Part shown: in pieces, positions 1 through 8,225 of the stretch
Position numbering within the stretch: the stretch's first letter is position 1
Layout: each line of letters begins with the position of its first letter
Origin: a virus
Virus record (IMG/VR): IMGVR_UViG_3300027057_000001
Location: 1 to 64,000 of that record
DNA: 64,000 bases
Direction: 5' to 3' (one strand)
Notes under the pieces: generated by a model
Databases searched by the model: none
What the model was told of the DNA's origin: nothing
The model's input: the letters and a program-made list of their open reading frames with translations, nothing else
Program-made: the position numbers and the translations under genes

Positions 1-138
1 GTAGGTCATGATCGCGTTGTACGGCAGGCGCATCTTCGTGCCGTTGTGCTCGAAGCGAAGCATCTCCCTCACGTCTTCGAGGGGGAACTCCACCTCGTAC
101 TGCTCCATCTCGATCTTCTCGACCGACACCTTCGTCAT
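1..138 (-). CDS. hypothetical protein, runs off window start (MTKVSVEKIEME...)
   Basis: ATG at 138 preceded by AAGGAGG RBS; frame open to window edge. Confidence 0.7.
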   Translation of the reverse strand, partial: MTKVSVEKIEMEQYEVEFPLEDVREMLRFEHNGTKMRLPYNAIMTY

Positions 139-175
139 GACGGGCCTCCTTCACCTGGTCGAGTGCTGCGCGTGG

Positions 176-1117
176 TCAGGCGTGCGGGGGACGGTCGGCC
201 TCTGGGAAGAGGGGTCGGTCCTTGATCGAGGTCCGCTTCAACTCTTCCTTCGAGCCCGGCTCGGCGCGGCGGCGCAGCACCTTGTCATCGCCGTCGTAGC
301 CGAACTCGTAGTCACCTTCCACCATCAGCTTCAGGGCGTCCCGAACGACCTTCGGTTCACAGTGCAGGTCGGCGGCGATCCAGCCGATGTTCTTCTCGGC
401 GACCCGGACCTGCTTCTTCCTCTTCAGTTCCTTCTCGATGGCCATGATGACCTCGGCGGTTCCGACCACCACGACCTCTGCTGGAGATGGCTCATCGGAC
501 ACGTCGAGCAGGGAGCCCTGCTCCGGGGCCTCCTGGGTGCTCTCCTGCGCGGGAGCGGATTCCTCGGACGCTGGGGCCTCCGACTCTTCGGGGCTCTCAG
601 CGGGCTCCTGGGGGCCTGTGACGGTGAGATTTATGTGGGTCGTCTCGTGGCCGTCCTTCGGGACGACGCCGATGGTCGTCGAGAAGGTCCATGCGCCTCG
701 CTTGCCCTCCTGGATAAACACGCCCTCTTTGGCGAGCCCCTGGCAGGCGGAACGGATGCTCTTCTCACGAGCCCCTTCGACGCGCCCCTGGATGAGCGTG
801 ACGATCTTGTCTTCGGTCCAGGGGTCGCCGATGACCATCTCGCTGGCGAACTCGCGCACGGCTTTCTTCACGCCCGTGACGCGCTTGGTCGGCACCGATT
901 CCTTCGAGGGGTCGCCCTCGTACTTCGGCACCACGCCGATCTGGGCCTCCAGCATCTTCTCCAGAGCGGCGATCTCCTGGTCCGTGTCCGCGATGGCGGT
1001 CTCGACGGTTTCCCGTTCACGCTCCAGTGCCTCGCGCTTTGCACGGAGTCCCTTCAACCCGTCGTGCGCCTCTTGCAGCCACGTCTCGAAGTCGAATCCT
1101 TCGGTCATCTCCTTCAC
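176..1117 (-). CDS. hypothetical protein with N-terminal coiled coil, possibly DNA-binding
   Basis: 313 aa ORF, phage-like codon use, TTGACA..TAGATT promoter just upstream. Confidence 0.75.
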   Translation of the reverse strand: MKEMTEGFDFETWLQEAHDGLKGLRAKREALERERETVETAIADTDQEIAALEKMLEAQIGVVPKYEGDPSKESVPTKRVTGVKKAVREFASEMVIGDPWTEDKIVTLIQGRVEGAREKSIRSACQGLAKEGVFIQEGKRGAWTFSTTIGVVPKDGHETTHINLTVTGPQEPAESPEESEAPASEESAPAQESTQEAPEQGSLLDVSDEPSPAEVVVVGTAEVIMAIEKELKRKKQVRVAEKNIGWIAADLHCEPKVVRDALKLMVEGDYEFGYDGDDKVLRRRAEPGSKEELKRTSIKDRPLFPEADRPPHA

Positions 1118-1153
1118 CTTTCTCTAAGCAATCTAACACATGAGAACCGTGTG

Positions 1154-1933
1154 TCAATCTTCTGGCGGGGTCTCGATAATTGGTCCGATCATCGACTTCT
1201 TCGGTCCATCTTCGCGCTTGGAGAAGCCGTATCTGCGCTTCTTTCGGTCCCATTTGATCTCGTGGGTCCTGTACTTCGCCTCCGCCTTGCCGTTGAGCCA
1301 GCGCTTCCACCCCTTACAGGTGGACAGGTGGCCCTCGAAGCCGATGGTCCAGGGCTTCCTCAACTTGTGGTGCTCGGCGTAGTATTCGCGCTCGGCCTCG
1401 GTGGCGGCGCGGCCCAGGACCAGCTTGCCGGTGTGCTCCTCGAAGAGCGTGATGGGCTCCTTCGGTAGGAGGTCCACCTTCTCCTCGCCGGTCTCCGGGT
1501 CGGTGTACTTCTTCTTCACCCATGGCCCAGCGAAGACGATGAGCCGACGCTGGATCTCGACCATGATCTGGCCCTTGCCGTACTCCGGGTAGGGCAGCAG
1601 GATGTAGATGGTCTTGCCGCAGGCTGGGCACTCGTATGGGTCAAGCTCCTGCTTCGGGATGTTGCCGGGGCGTCGGCGCTTCTTCTTCCGCTCCTTCTTC
1701 GCGCTCTTGATCCCCCAGATGTCGAGGTTCTTCATCCCCTCCACGTCCCGCTTGCCGACGACGGTGATGAGTTCCTTGTCGGCGAGCGAGGCCATGTGGG
1801 TCTGCTGGTTTTTGATGATGCCGCAGGCGCGCTCGATCTCGAAGGCCGTCAGGCCCTCGGAGGACCGCTCGATGCAGTCGTAGATGCGCCTCGCGATGGT
1901 GTTCTTCCTGGGAAGGTTGGGGTTCTCGGCCAT
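1154..1933 (-). CDS. hypothetical protein with wHTH-like N-terminus and CxxC
   Basis: start MAENPNL with GAGGA RBS; CPACG motif. Confidence 0.65.
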   Translation of the reverse strand: MAENPNLPRKNTIARRIYDCIERSSEGLTAFEIERACGIIKNQQTHMASLADKELITVVGKRDVEGMKNLDIWGIKSAKKERKKKRRRPGNIPKQELDPYECPACGKTIYILLPYPEYGKGQIMVEIQRRLIVFAGPWVKKKYTDPETGEEKVDLLPKEPITLFEEHTGKLVLGRAATEAEREYYAEHHKLRKPWTIGFEGHLSTCKGWKRWLNGKAEAKYRTHEIKWDRKKRRYGFSKREDGPKKSMIGPIIETPPED

Positions 1934-1934
1934 C

Positions 1935-2273
1935 CTAGTCCTCGAAGGAGACGGGCGCGTCTTCGCAGCCCGACCGGCGAAGGAACGCAGCCATCTCGGC
2001 CACGGCCTGTTCCGACGAGTCCCGAACGTGGGACCAGTCCCAGCACAGGGTCTCGCACAGGGTGCGGAGATCCACCTTACCGAAGCCATCGGCCATGAGC
2101 CACGCCTGCTGCCGCGTGTACTCGTCGAGCGTGTGGTAGAGCGCCCCACGCCCTGACAGGCAGCGGACCACAAGGTCCCAGTTCATCTGCTGCACGCGGG
2201 TCATGCAGCCCATCTCGTAGGGGGAAGGAACGGTGAAGGTAGCGGTGTTGGTGTTGGTGTTGGTGTGGGCCAT
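1935..2273 (-). CDS. early hypothetical protein (MAHTNTNTNT...)
   Basis: conserved leader ACGGAGGACACC-ATG and early promoter upstream. Confidence 0.75.
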   Translation of the reverse strand: MAHTNTNTNTATFTVPSPYEMGCMTRVQQMNWDLVVRCLSGRGALYHTLDEYTRQQAWLMADGFGKVDLRTLCETLCWDWSHVRDSSEQAVAEMAAFLRRSGCEDAPVSFED

Positions 2274-2295
2274 GGTGTCCTCCGTCGCTGAACAC

Positions 2296-2323
2296 AATCT
2301 AAGCACTGGTTTTGCACTGTCAA
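2296..2323 (-). promoter_or_regulatory. conserved early-type promoter TTGACA-N5-AAACCA-N5-TAGATT
   Basis: 16-bp spacer; same motif seen at 7 sites. Confidence 0.8.
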
Positions 2324-2381
2324 CATGAAATCGACAGGAATCGAACAAGGGGCAGCAGCCGCCCTATATAAGGTAGACGAA

Positions 2382-2400
2382 AGCGAAAGTGACTTTCGCT
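2382..2400. repeat. 19-bp palindrome AGCGAAAGT-G-ACTTTCGCT, copy 1
   Basis: perfect inverted repeat between divergent promoters. Confidence 0.9.
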
Positions 2401-2513
2401 CTGGATGGTGCCAGACGAGAACACGCTGGCTCGTCTCTATCACAAGGGAAGGCTGAAAGCGCCAAAGAAAGTTTGTTGACAACGCAATCCCACGGCATTA
2501 GGTTGATGGAGTC

Positions 2514-3812
2514 ATGAGCAAGCGGCGGAAGAAAAGCAGCAAGGCAGCCAGGCGGAAGCGCCAGCGCGCCGACGAGCGCATGGCCGGGGTCGCCCTGAAG
2601 AAGTGGCTCGCCGTCCAGGAGTCCGCTGTGCTCATGAAGCAGGACTGCGAGGCAGAGGAATACAGGTCTGTCGAGGACGGGCACGTCCGCATGTACGGGA
2701 CGTCGGTCTCCTTCGGCCAGCAGTCCGCGTCGTGGCTCGCCAACGCCGTCTACAAGGGTGTGCGCGAGGCCAACGTCTTCGTCTTGAACCCGGACCAGTA
2801 CGGTGCCTACTACAACGAGGCCGACCTCTACACGACCAGGGTCATCGCGGAGCAGGAGTGGTGCGAGCCCATCGGTCACAAGAGCCCGGCCTTCGCGTTC
2901 GCGATGGCGCTGACCGGCGTGGGTGTCCCGGACGACGCGCGCTCTGAGAAGCGACAGAGAAACCCAGAGGAGTGGCGCGAGCACTTCGACCGCATCGTGG
3001 CCGAGGGCAAGCATGTCCCCGTGCCCGACCCGGAGAAGTGGCCATTCGAGGCAATGTGGATTTCCTTCGGTGAGGGCGTTGCCCTGCCATCGACAGCGGT
3101 GGAGTCCAGGCTTCGCCCGGAGTTCTTCCACAGCTTCGACCCCGTGTCCATCGGGCTGCTCGGCCAACTGTGGGTGCTCACCGAGAGAGGCCCGCTCATC
3201 GCGGAGGCCATCGAGTTCATCCAGGAGATCGACGACAACGGCGCGGGCGGTGTGGGTCTCGTGTGGTCCGTGACCTACCTGCCAGAGGATGGGACCTGGA
3301 AGCACCCCTACGACATGAACCCGTGGATATGCAACGCCATCCACAGGCATCTGCTCGACTTCCGCACCTTCATCGTCGAGAAGGAGTGGAAGACCCCTCG
3401 CCGTCGCCCTGACGATCCGCCCCCGGTGGTCATCGAGCGCAGGCCGATCCCCAGGCCGTACTACCTGGTCAGGCTGAAGAGCCAGACCATCACCCAGAAT
3501 TTCGCGTCGGCCATGCCCCCGCGCCGGAAGTTCGAGTACCAGCACCGATTCCAGGTGCGCGGTCACGAGCGCGTGCGCGTGCGCCGTGGAAACCTCCCCC
3601 TCCCGGCTGATGTCCGCGAGGAGTTGGAGCGCCGTCGCTACACCATCTACACCATCAACGAGATGTCGCAGGAGCACGCCAGGCTTCTCTTGGAGCGTGG
3701 CATCCCCGTGAAGAGGTCCAGCGAGTGGCTGGCTGTCCTGGTGTCCTGGGTCAAGTCCCACGAGAAGGGACCAGAGGACGGCCCATTCGTGCCGTCAGTG
3801 AGGTTGGCATGA
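2514..3812 (+). CDS. hypothetical protein
   Basis: 432 aa ORF, GGAG RBS, TTGACA-17-TAGGTT promoter at ~2476. Confidence 0.8.
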   Translation: MSKRRKKSSKAARRKRQRADERMAGVALKKWLAVQESAVLMKQDCEAEEYRSVEDGHVRMYGTSVSFGQQSASWLANAVYKGVREANVFVLNPDQYGAYYNEADLYTTRVIAEQEWCEPIGHKSPAFAFAMALTGVGVPDDARSEKRQRNPEEWREHFDRIVAEGKHVPVPDPEKWPFEAMWISFGEGVALPSTAVESRLRPEFFHSFDPVSIGLLGQLWVLTERGPLIAEAIEFIQEIDDNGAGGVGLVWSVTYLPEDGTWKHPYDMNPWICNAIHRHLLDFRTFIVEKEWKTPRRRPDDPPPVVIERRPIPRPYYLVRLKSQTITQNFASAMPPRRKFEYQHRFQVRGHERVRVRRGNLPLPADVREELERRRYTIYTINEMSQEHARLLLERGIPVKRSSEWLAVLVSWVKSHEKGPEDGPFVPSVRLA

Positions 3813-3837
3813 GCTACGACTTGGAGGCGAAGAAAAA

Positions 3838-4050
3838 ATGACCCTGAAGGATGACCTATTGAAGCAGGTCAGGAAGGACATCAGAGACGAGGCTCCCGCC
3901 ACGCCAGTCGATCCAGAGGAAGCCGACGACACGACACCGGACTGGGACACGAAGTGCTCTGTTTGCGGCGCTGTCCCGACCGTGCCTGTGACCGGGATGT
4001 GCGGACCTTGCACCTTCGGTGAGGCAGATACCTATGGAGGCAACTGGTGA
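3838..4050 (+). CDS. small CxxC..CxxC protein
   Basis: GGAGG RBS; CSVC and CGPC motifs. Confidence 0.65.
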   Translation: MTLKDDLLKQVRKDIRDEAPATPVDPEEADDTTPDWDTKCSVCGAVPTVPVTGMCGPCTFGEADTYGGNW

Positions 4051-4919
4051 GCAGCGAAGAAGAGCGGAAGGCAGGAGACTTGGACGTCATCCCGATGTTC
4101 TCCGACCACGACGTGATCAAGGCGGCGAAGGCCGAGGCGGAGCGCATGAACGCGCACCAGGCCGAGGAGCAGCGGAAGATCGCGAGCACGATCCCGGAGA
4201 GCGCCATGCCGTGCCCAAGGCTTGAACTGCGCTGGGTCAGGGTGGGCTACGAGACGCGGTGCGACTACAACATCGTCATCCCCATCAACAAGAACGACAT
4301 CAGAGAGGGAAGCCCGGTCAACATCGGGTCGGAACTTCGCTTCTGCATGGGGTTCACGACGACTCACACGTCGCGTGACGGACATCCATTGTGGCCCAAC
4401 GGCGTCATCGACACGCCCTACCGCGACGGCAAGCACGCGGCATGGGACAGCCACCGCACCGGGTTCCCGGCGTTCGTCGTGTGGCAGGGGCAGGCCCAGA
4501 GCATTCTGCCAGAGGAGCCCAACGGCGAGCCCATCGAGGACGACCCGCCCGACGAGAAGCCTGGGGGCGGCAAGGACTGGGCTCACCGCTCATCTTCGCG
4601 CGTTCTGAACGACGCAAGGGACATGATCAAGCGGCACGCATTCAAGGTCCAGGGCCTTCGAGATGGGCAGCAGAAGGGGTCGTGGCCGTGGCTCTACTTC
4701 GACTGGATCTACGAGACCATGATGGTCCAGGCGAAGCGGATCGATGACGATGGATTCACCGACTTCGAGGACTGGGTGCGGTTCCGCACGAGCAAGATCA
4801 ACATCGGGGTCGTCAAGCGCGTGTGCTCGAAGTGCGGCGCGGACGTTCCGAGGGACATCACCCAGGCGTGCGAGCACGTCTACGGCGACAACGCGAGGGA
4901 GTTCGCCGCGAAGGAGTAA
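4047..4919 (+). CDS. hypothetical protein with C-terminal Zn ribbon
   Basis: GTG start overlapping upstream stop; CSKC..CEH. Confidence 0.7.
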   Translation: MSSEEERKAGDLDVIPMFSDHDVIKAAKAEAERMNAHQAEEQRKIASTIPESAMPCPRLELRWVRVGYETRCDYNIVIPINKNDIREGSPVNIGSELRFCMGFTTTHTSRDGHPLWPNGVIDTPYRDGKHAAWDSHRTGFPAFVVWQGQAQSILPEEPNGEPIEDDPPDEKPGGGKDWAHRSSSRVLNDARDMIKRHAFKVQGLRDGQQKGSWPWLYFDWIYETMMVQAKRIDDDGFTDFEDWVRFRTSKINIGVVKRVCSKCGADVPRDITQACEHVYGDNAREFAAKE

Positions 4920-4921
4920 CC

Positions 4922-5161
4922 ATGGGCAGCAGAGGGGCCTACGCGGGCCAGCCCTACAGCTTCATGTGCAAGGGCTGCAAGACCAAGCGCATCGAGGTCA
5001 TCCACACGACCGGGAAGACGCGAGCACAGAAGAGCGAGGGCATGAACTACCACAACTGGGGAGACGTTGCCTTCGAGTACGAGTGCTCGCACTGCCATCA
5101 CAAGGGCTGGTCGAGGCACCCGGACATCGAGCGGAAGCACAGGCTGGAGCACGGGTCATGA
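4922..5161 (+). CDS. small Zn-ribbon protein
   Basis: AAGGAG RBS; CKGC and CSHC. Confidence 0.65.
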   Translation: MGSRGAYAGQPYSFMCKGCKTKRIEVIHTTGKTRAQKSEGMNYHNWGDVAFEYECSHCHHKGWSRHPDIERKHRLEHGS

Positions 5162-5466
5162 GACGGGACCAGATCGAGACCGACGACACGCGGTGGGTGC
5201 GGTTCTGGCGGAGCTTCAGGAGTGGGCGTAACGCGACCACGTTCCAGCGGCTCTCCTATCACGGCACGACCGACGAGGACTACCTGCGCCACGAGGCAGA
5301 GCGCTGGGCCTCGGACCAGGGTCCAAACAGCGAGTTCCGGTACGGCTGGGAGATCGTGGACAAGCCCCCGCTGGAGTGGCTGATGGAGCGCATCGACCAA
5401 CTGGATCAGAGCATCGACTACGCCACCAGCGAGGCGGCTGCGCTGCGAGAGCTTCTGGGCGAATGA
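5158..5466 (+). CDS. hypothetical protein
   Basis: ATGA overlap with upstream gene. Confidence 0.65.
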   Translation: MRRDQIETDDTRWVRFWRSFRSGRNATTFQRLSYHGTTDEDYLRHEAERWASDQGPNSEFRYGWEIVDKPPLEWLMERIDQLDQSIDYATSEAAALRELLGE

Positions 5467-5478
5467 AGGAGTGAGGCG

Positions 5479-6009
5479 ATGGCGAAGAAGAAACCGGGTG
5501 GCATCGCGCCGTCCGTGATCCTCATCAACCCGAAGTTCGCGCACAATGTCGGCGCGGCTCTGCGAGCTTGCTCCTGCTTCGGCGTGCGGCAACTCACCTA
5601 CACCGGGGACCGCATCGAGGGGGACCTGGCGCTGAAGGGTCGGCTCCCGCGCGAAGAGCGCATGAAGGGCTACAAGGACGTGGACCTCTGCGCCTGCGAC
5701 TACCCCTTCGAGCGGCTTCCAGATGACGCGGTGCCCGTCGCCGTCGAACTACGTGAGGGCTCGACTCCGCTGACCTTCTTCGAGCACCCGGAGAACGCGG
5801 TCTACGTCTTCGGCCCGGAGGACGGCAGTCTGCGGAGCGTCCAGGTGCGTGAGTGTCACCACTTCATCGTCATCCCCAGCGCCCACTGCCTGAACCTGGC
5901 AGCGGCGGTGAACGTGGTCCTGTATGACCGCAGGGTGAAGAGGCAACTGCTGGGGCTGGAGTCCGTTACGCAGTGGGACATCCTAGAAGAACATCGAGGT
6001 GCGTTATGA
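5479..6009 (+). CDS. SpoU/TrmH-family (SPOUT) RNA methyltransferase
   Basis: NVGAALRACSCFG, VFGPEDG and CLNLAAAVNVVLYDR match the three SpoU motifs. Confidence 0.9.
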   Translation: MAKKKPGGIAPSVILINPKFAHNVGAALRACSCFGVRQLTYTGDRIEGDLALKGRLPREERMKGYKDVDLCACDYPFERLPDDAVPVAVELREGSTPLTFFEHPENAVYVFGPEDGSLRSVQVRECHHFIVIPSAHCLNLAAAVNVVLYDRRVKRQLLGLESVTQWDILEEHRGAL

Positions 6010-6548
6010 CTGTCAATTCGTTCGAGGAAGCACAGGAGCTTCACAACACCTACCGAGGACACCTGGTCGAGTACGCTCGCTACCTGGGCGTCAAGCTCGC
6101 CTTGGAGAACGGAACCGTTCACGCGAGGCAGGTCCGAGAGATCATGAAGCAGCGCGGGATGCTGCACCAGGACATCGACGAGAGATGGATGGGGACGGCG
6201 TTCAAGGCCCCCTCTCTCTTCGTGTGGACCGGGAAGTACATCGAGGTCGAAGAGGCGTCACCCAGGAAGCGTGGCGGAGGGGGCGGCGGCAGACCGATCC
6301 GCGTGTGGAAACTCGCGCCAGGCGTGACTGCGCTTCCAGAGCCGGATGCGATGCCGAAGCCCATCGCCTTCGCTGACCTCGAAGAGCCACCGAAGCCACA
6401 GAAGAAGGACTTCCAGGCGGCGCTCGACGACCTGCGAGAGATGGCCAGGTTCGCCAAGGACCACGGCTTCGAGTTCTCCAACCTGGATGCCGGAAAGAAG
6501 CTCAGTGCGTGGTTGCGCTACCAGGCTGCGATGGGCGACAAGGAGTGA
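6006..6548 (+). CDS. hypothetical protein
   Basis: ATGA overlap; ORF with typical codon use. Confidence 0.65.
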   Translation: MTVNSFEEAQELHNTYRGHLVEYARYLGVKLALENGTVHARQVREIMKQRGMLHQDIDERWMGTAFKAPSLFVWTGKYIEVEEASPRKRGGGGGGRPIRVWKLAPGVTALPEPDAMPKPIAFADLEEPPKPQKKDFQAALDDLREMARFAKDHGFEFSNLDAGKKLSAWLRYQAAMGDKE

Positions 6549-6817
6549 TGCGCTGGCTGGTCGTGATCATCCTTGGTGGCTGCTCGATGTCGTCGCCGTG
6601 CTCCAACGATTGCGACTGGACATGGCTCGAAGAAGAGGGCTGCATGATGGACACCTGCGAGCTTCAGCTTCTCGACGTCGAGCGAGATCACTCCTGGACC
6701 GAGTGTCGCGATGGCGAGTGCTGGTGCTGTACAAATCCGCAAGGCACGCGAGCCCAGCAAGCTCGGTGCTGGTTCTCTGGCAGGGTCTTCGAGCCGTGGT
6801 CTGACGGCGACAGTTGA
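6548..6817 (+). CDS. small Cys-rich protein, possibly a lipoprotein
   Basis: MRWLVVIILGGC lipobox-like N-terminus; many Cys. Confidence 0.55.
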   Translation: MRWLVVIILGGCSMSSPCSNDCDWTWLEEEGCMMDTCELQLLDVERDHSWTECRDGECWCCTNPQGTRAQQARCWFSGRVFEPWSDGDS

Positions 6818-6962
6818 CGGGGGTAGGCGGAGTCGTCTACCTTCACAGATCGCGCCTGAAGCCAGGCAAACCAGCCCCTTCATCTGTTCACCGAGGACCA
6901 ATCGGAAGTTGATGAAGGATGGGTGGGGAGCCCTTGGCTGGCGTCAAGGAGACGTGACCTCC

Positions 6963-8186
6963 ATGACTGTTGGGAAAGTATCCCCATCATCTTGTGCCTG
7001 TCAACCCGCAACACCACCACACGTAGCGTCATCTTCGCCTCCCGCCGCAAGCTCCGAGGAGCCCCAGGGGGACGGCCATCTTGCTTCCCCCCATAAGGGG
7101 GAGGCTGACATCTCGCCATCTGATTGGCATGGAAAGGGATTTCCCGACACGCCTGACCGCTACGAGAGGTGGAGGCGAGGTGGCTGGGTCTACGCGGACG
7201 GGGTAGCGAAGGAGATACGTGTTCTGAATGGAGACAAGCTGAGAGCGAGAGCCCGCGCCATCGAGTCGTGCGGGCAGGTGGTCGCGGTTCGCGAGTGCGA
7301 GTGCTGCGGCGAGAGTCGGCCAGGGAGCGGGACGTTTCGCGAGGTGAAGCGGACCTGTGGCGGGCGGACGTGCCCGTATTGCGCCTGGGTACGCGCGACG
7401 GAGAGGGTCGAGCTTCTTCGCTACGCGGCGGAAGAGGCGATAGCGGCGGTTCCTGGCTACGAGTGGCAGATGGTGACGCTGAACCTTCAGTACGACCCGG
7501 ACAAGCACAGCGCGGACATGACGCCGGAAGGGCTTCGGGCTCGGGCGCTGATGATGGCGAAGGTGACCCGCAAGCTCTGGGAGCGCGGGCTGCGCGCCGA
7601 GGGGGCTGCGCTGCTTCGCTGCACGGAGATGTCGGAGTACGGGCTCGTCCACGTCCACGCCATCTACTACGGCTCTCCTGTGGACAAAGAGTGGATAGAG
7701 GACGAGGCGAAGAAGCACACCAGGGGGCGCGGAGTCTTCGCGACGGTGAAGCGGGTGAAGGGCGGCGCGAAGGGCGTTGCCACGGCCACGCGCTACGCGG
7801 CGAAGTCGGTGAAGAACTCGGCGGCGGGCTTCGACGAGGACTTCCTGACTGGCGAGAAGGACCGCCCATTGATTCATCCACAGCTTGCCGCCAAGTGGGA
7901 GGTCGGCTCGTACAACCTTCGGATGACCGAGGTGTATGGGGCGCTCCGTGGGCTCTCTGTGCCCCGTCCTGACGAGAGGGGCGGTCCCCACGATGATGGA
8001 GACGTCCCGTGCTCCTGCGGCTCTGTGGGGCGCTACAGGACCGTCTACAGGGGTGTCCACGATTTCCTTATCGAGTGCCACCTGAAGGGGGAGGCAGGGA
8101 TGGAGGGAGGGCGGTGGCTGCCCTACTGGATGCGGGAGAACGTGCGGCGGAAGAAGAAGCGAATGAAGAAGCGAAAGCGAAAGTGA
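6963..8186 (+). CDS. HUH endonuclease / rolling-circle replication initiator (Rep_1 or IS91-like); start uncertain
   Basis: Zn finger CG..CECC..TCGGRTCPYC, motif 1 VTLN, motif 2 HVH, motif 3 YAAK. Confidence 0.75.
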   Translation: MTVGKVSPSSCACQPATPPHVASSSPPAASSEEPQGDGHLASPHKGEADISPSDWHGKGFPDTPDRYERWRRGGWVYADGVAKEIRVLNGDKLRARARAIESCGQVVAVRECECCGESRPGSGTFREVKRTCGGRTCPYCAWVRATERVELLRYAAEEAIAAVPGYEWQMVTLNLQYDPDKHSADMTPEGLRARALMMAKVTRKLWERGLRAEGAALLRCTEMSEYGLVHVHAIYYGSPVDKEWIEDEAKKHTRGRGVFATVKRVKGGAKGVATATRYAAKSVKNSAAGFDEDFLTGEKDRPLIHPQLAAKWEVGSYNLRMTEVYGALRGLSVPRPDERGGPHDDGDVPCSCGSVGRYRTVYRGVHDFLIECHLKGEAGMEGGRWLPYWMRENVRRKKKRMKKRKRK

Positions 8187-8194
8187 CTTTCGCT
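8176..8194. repeat. 19-bp palindrome, copy 2 (overlaps Rep stop codon)
   Basis: AGCGAAAGTGACTTTCGCT. Confidence 0.9.
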
Positions 8195-8225
8195 CTGTTA
8201 TCGAATGGGCGGCTCGGTGTGTGTA

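Noticed and set aside
2245-2266. (ACCAAC)n microsatellite as a phase-variation tract
   Set aside because: The 6-nt unit preserves frame; it only encodes a low-complexity Thr-Asn N-terminus
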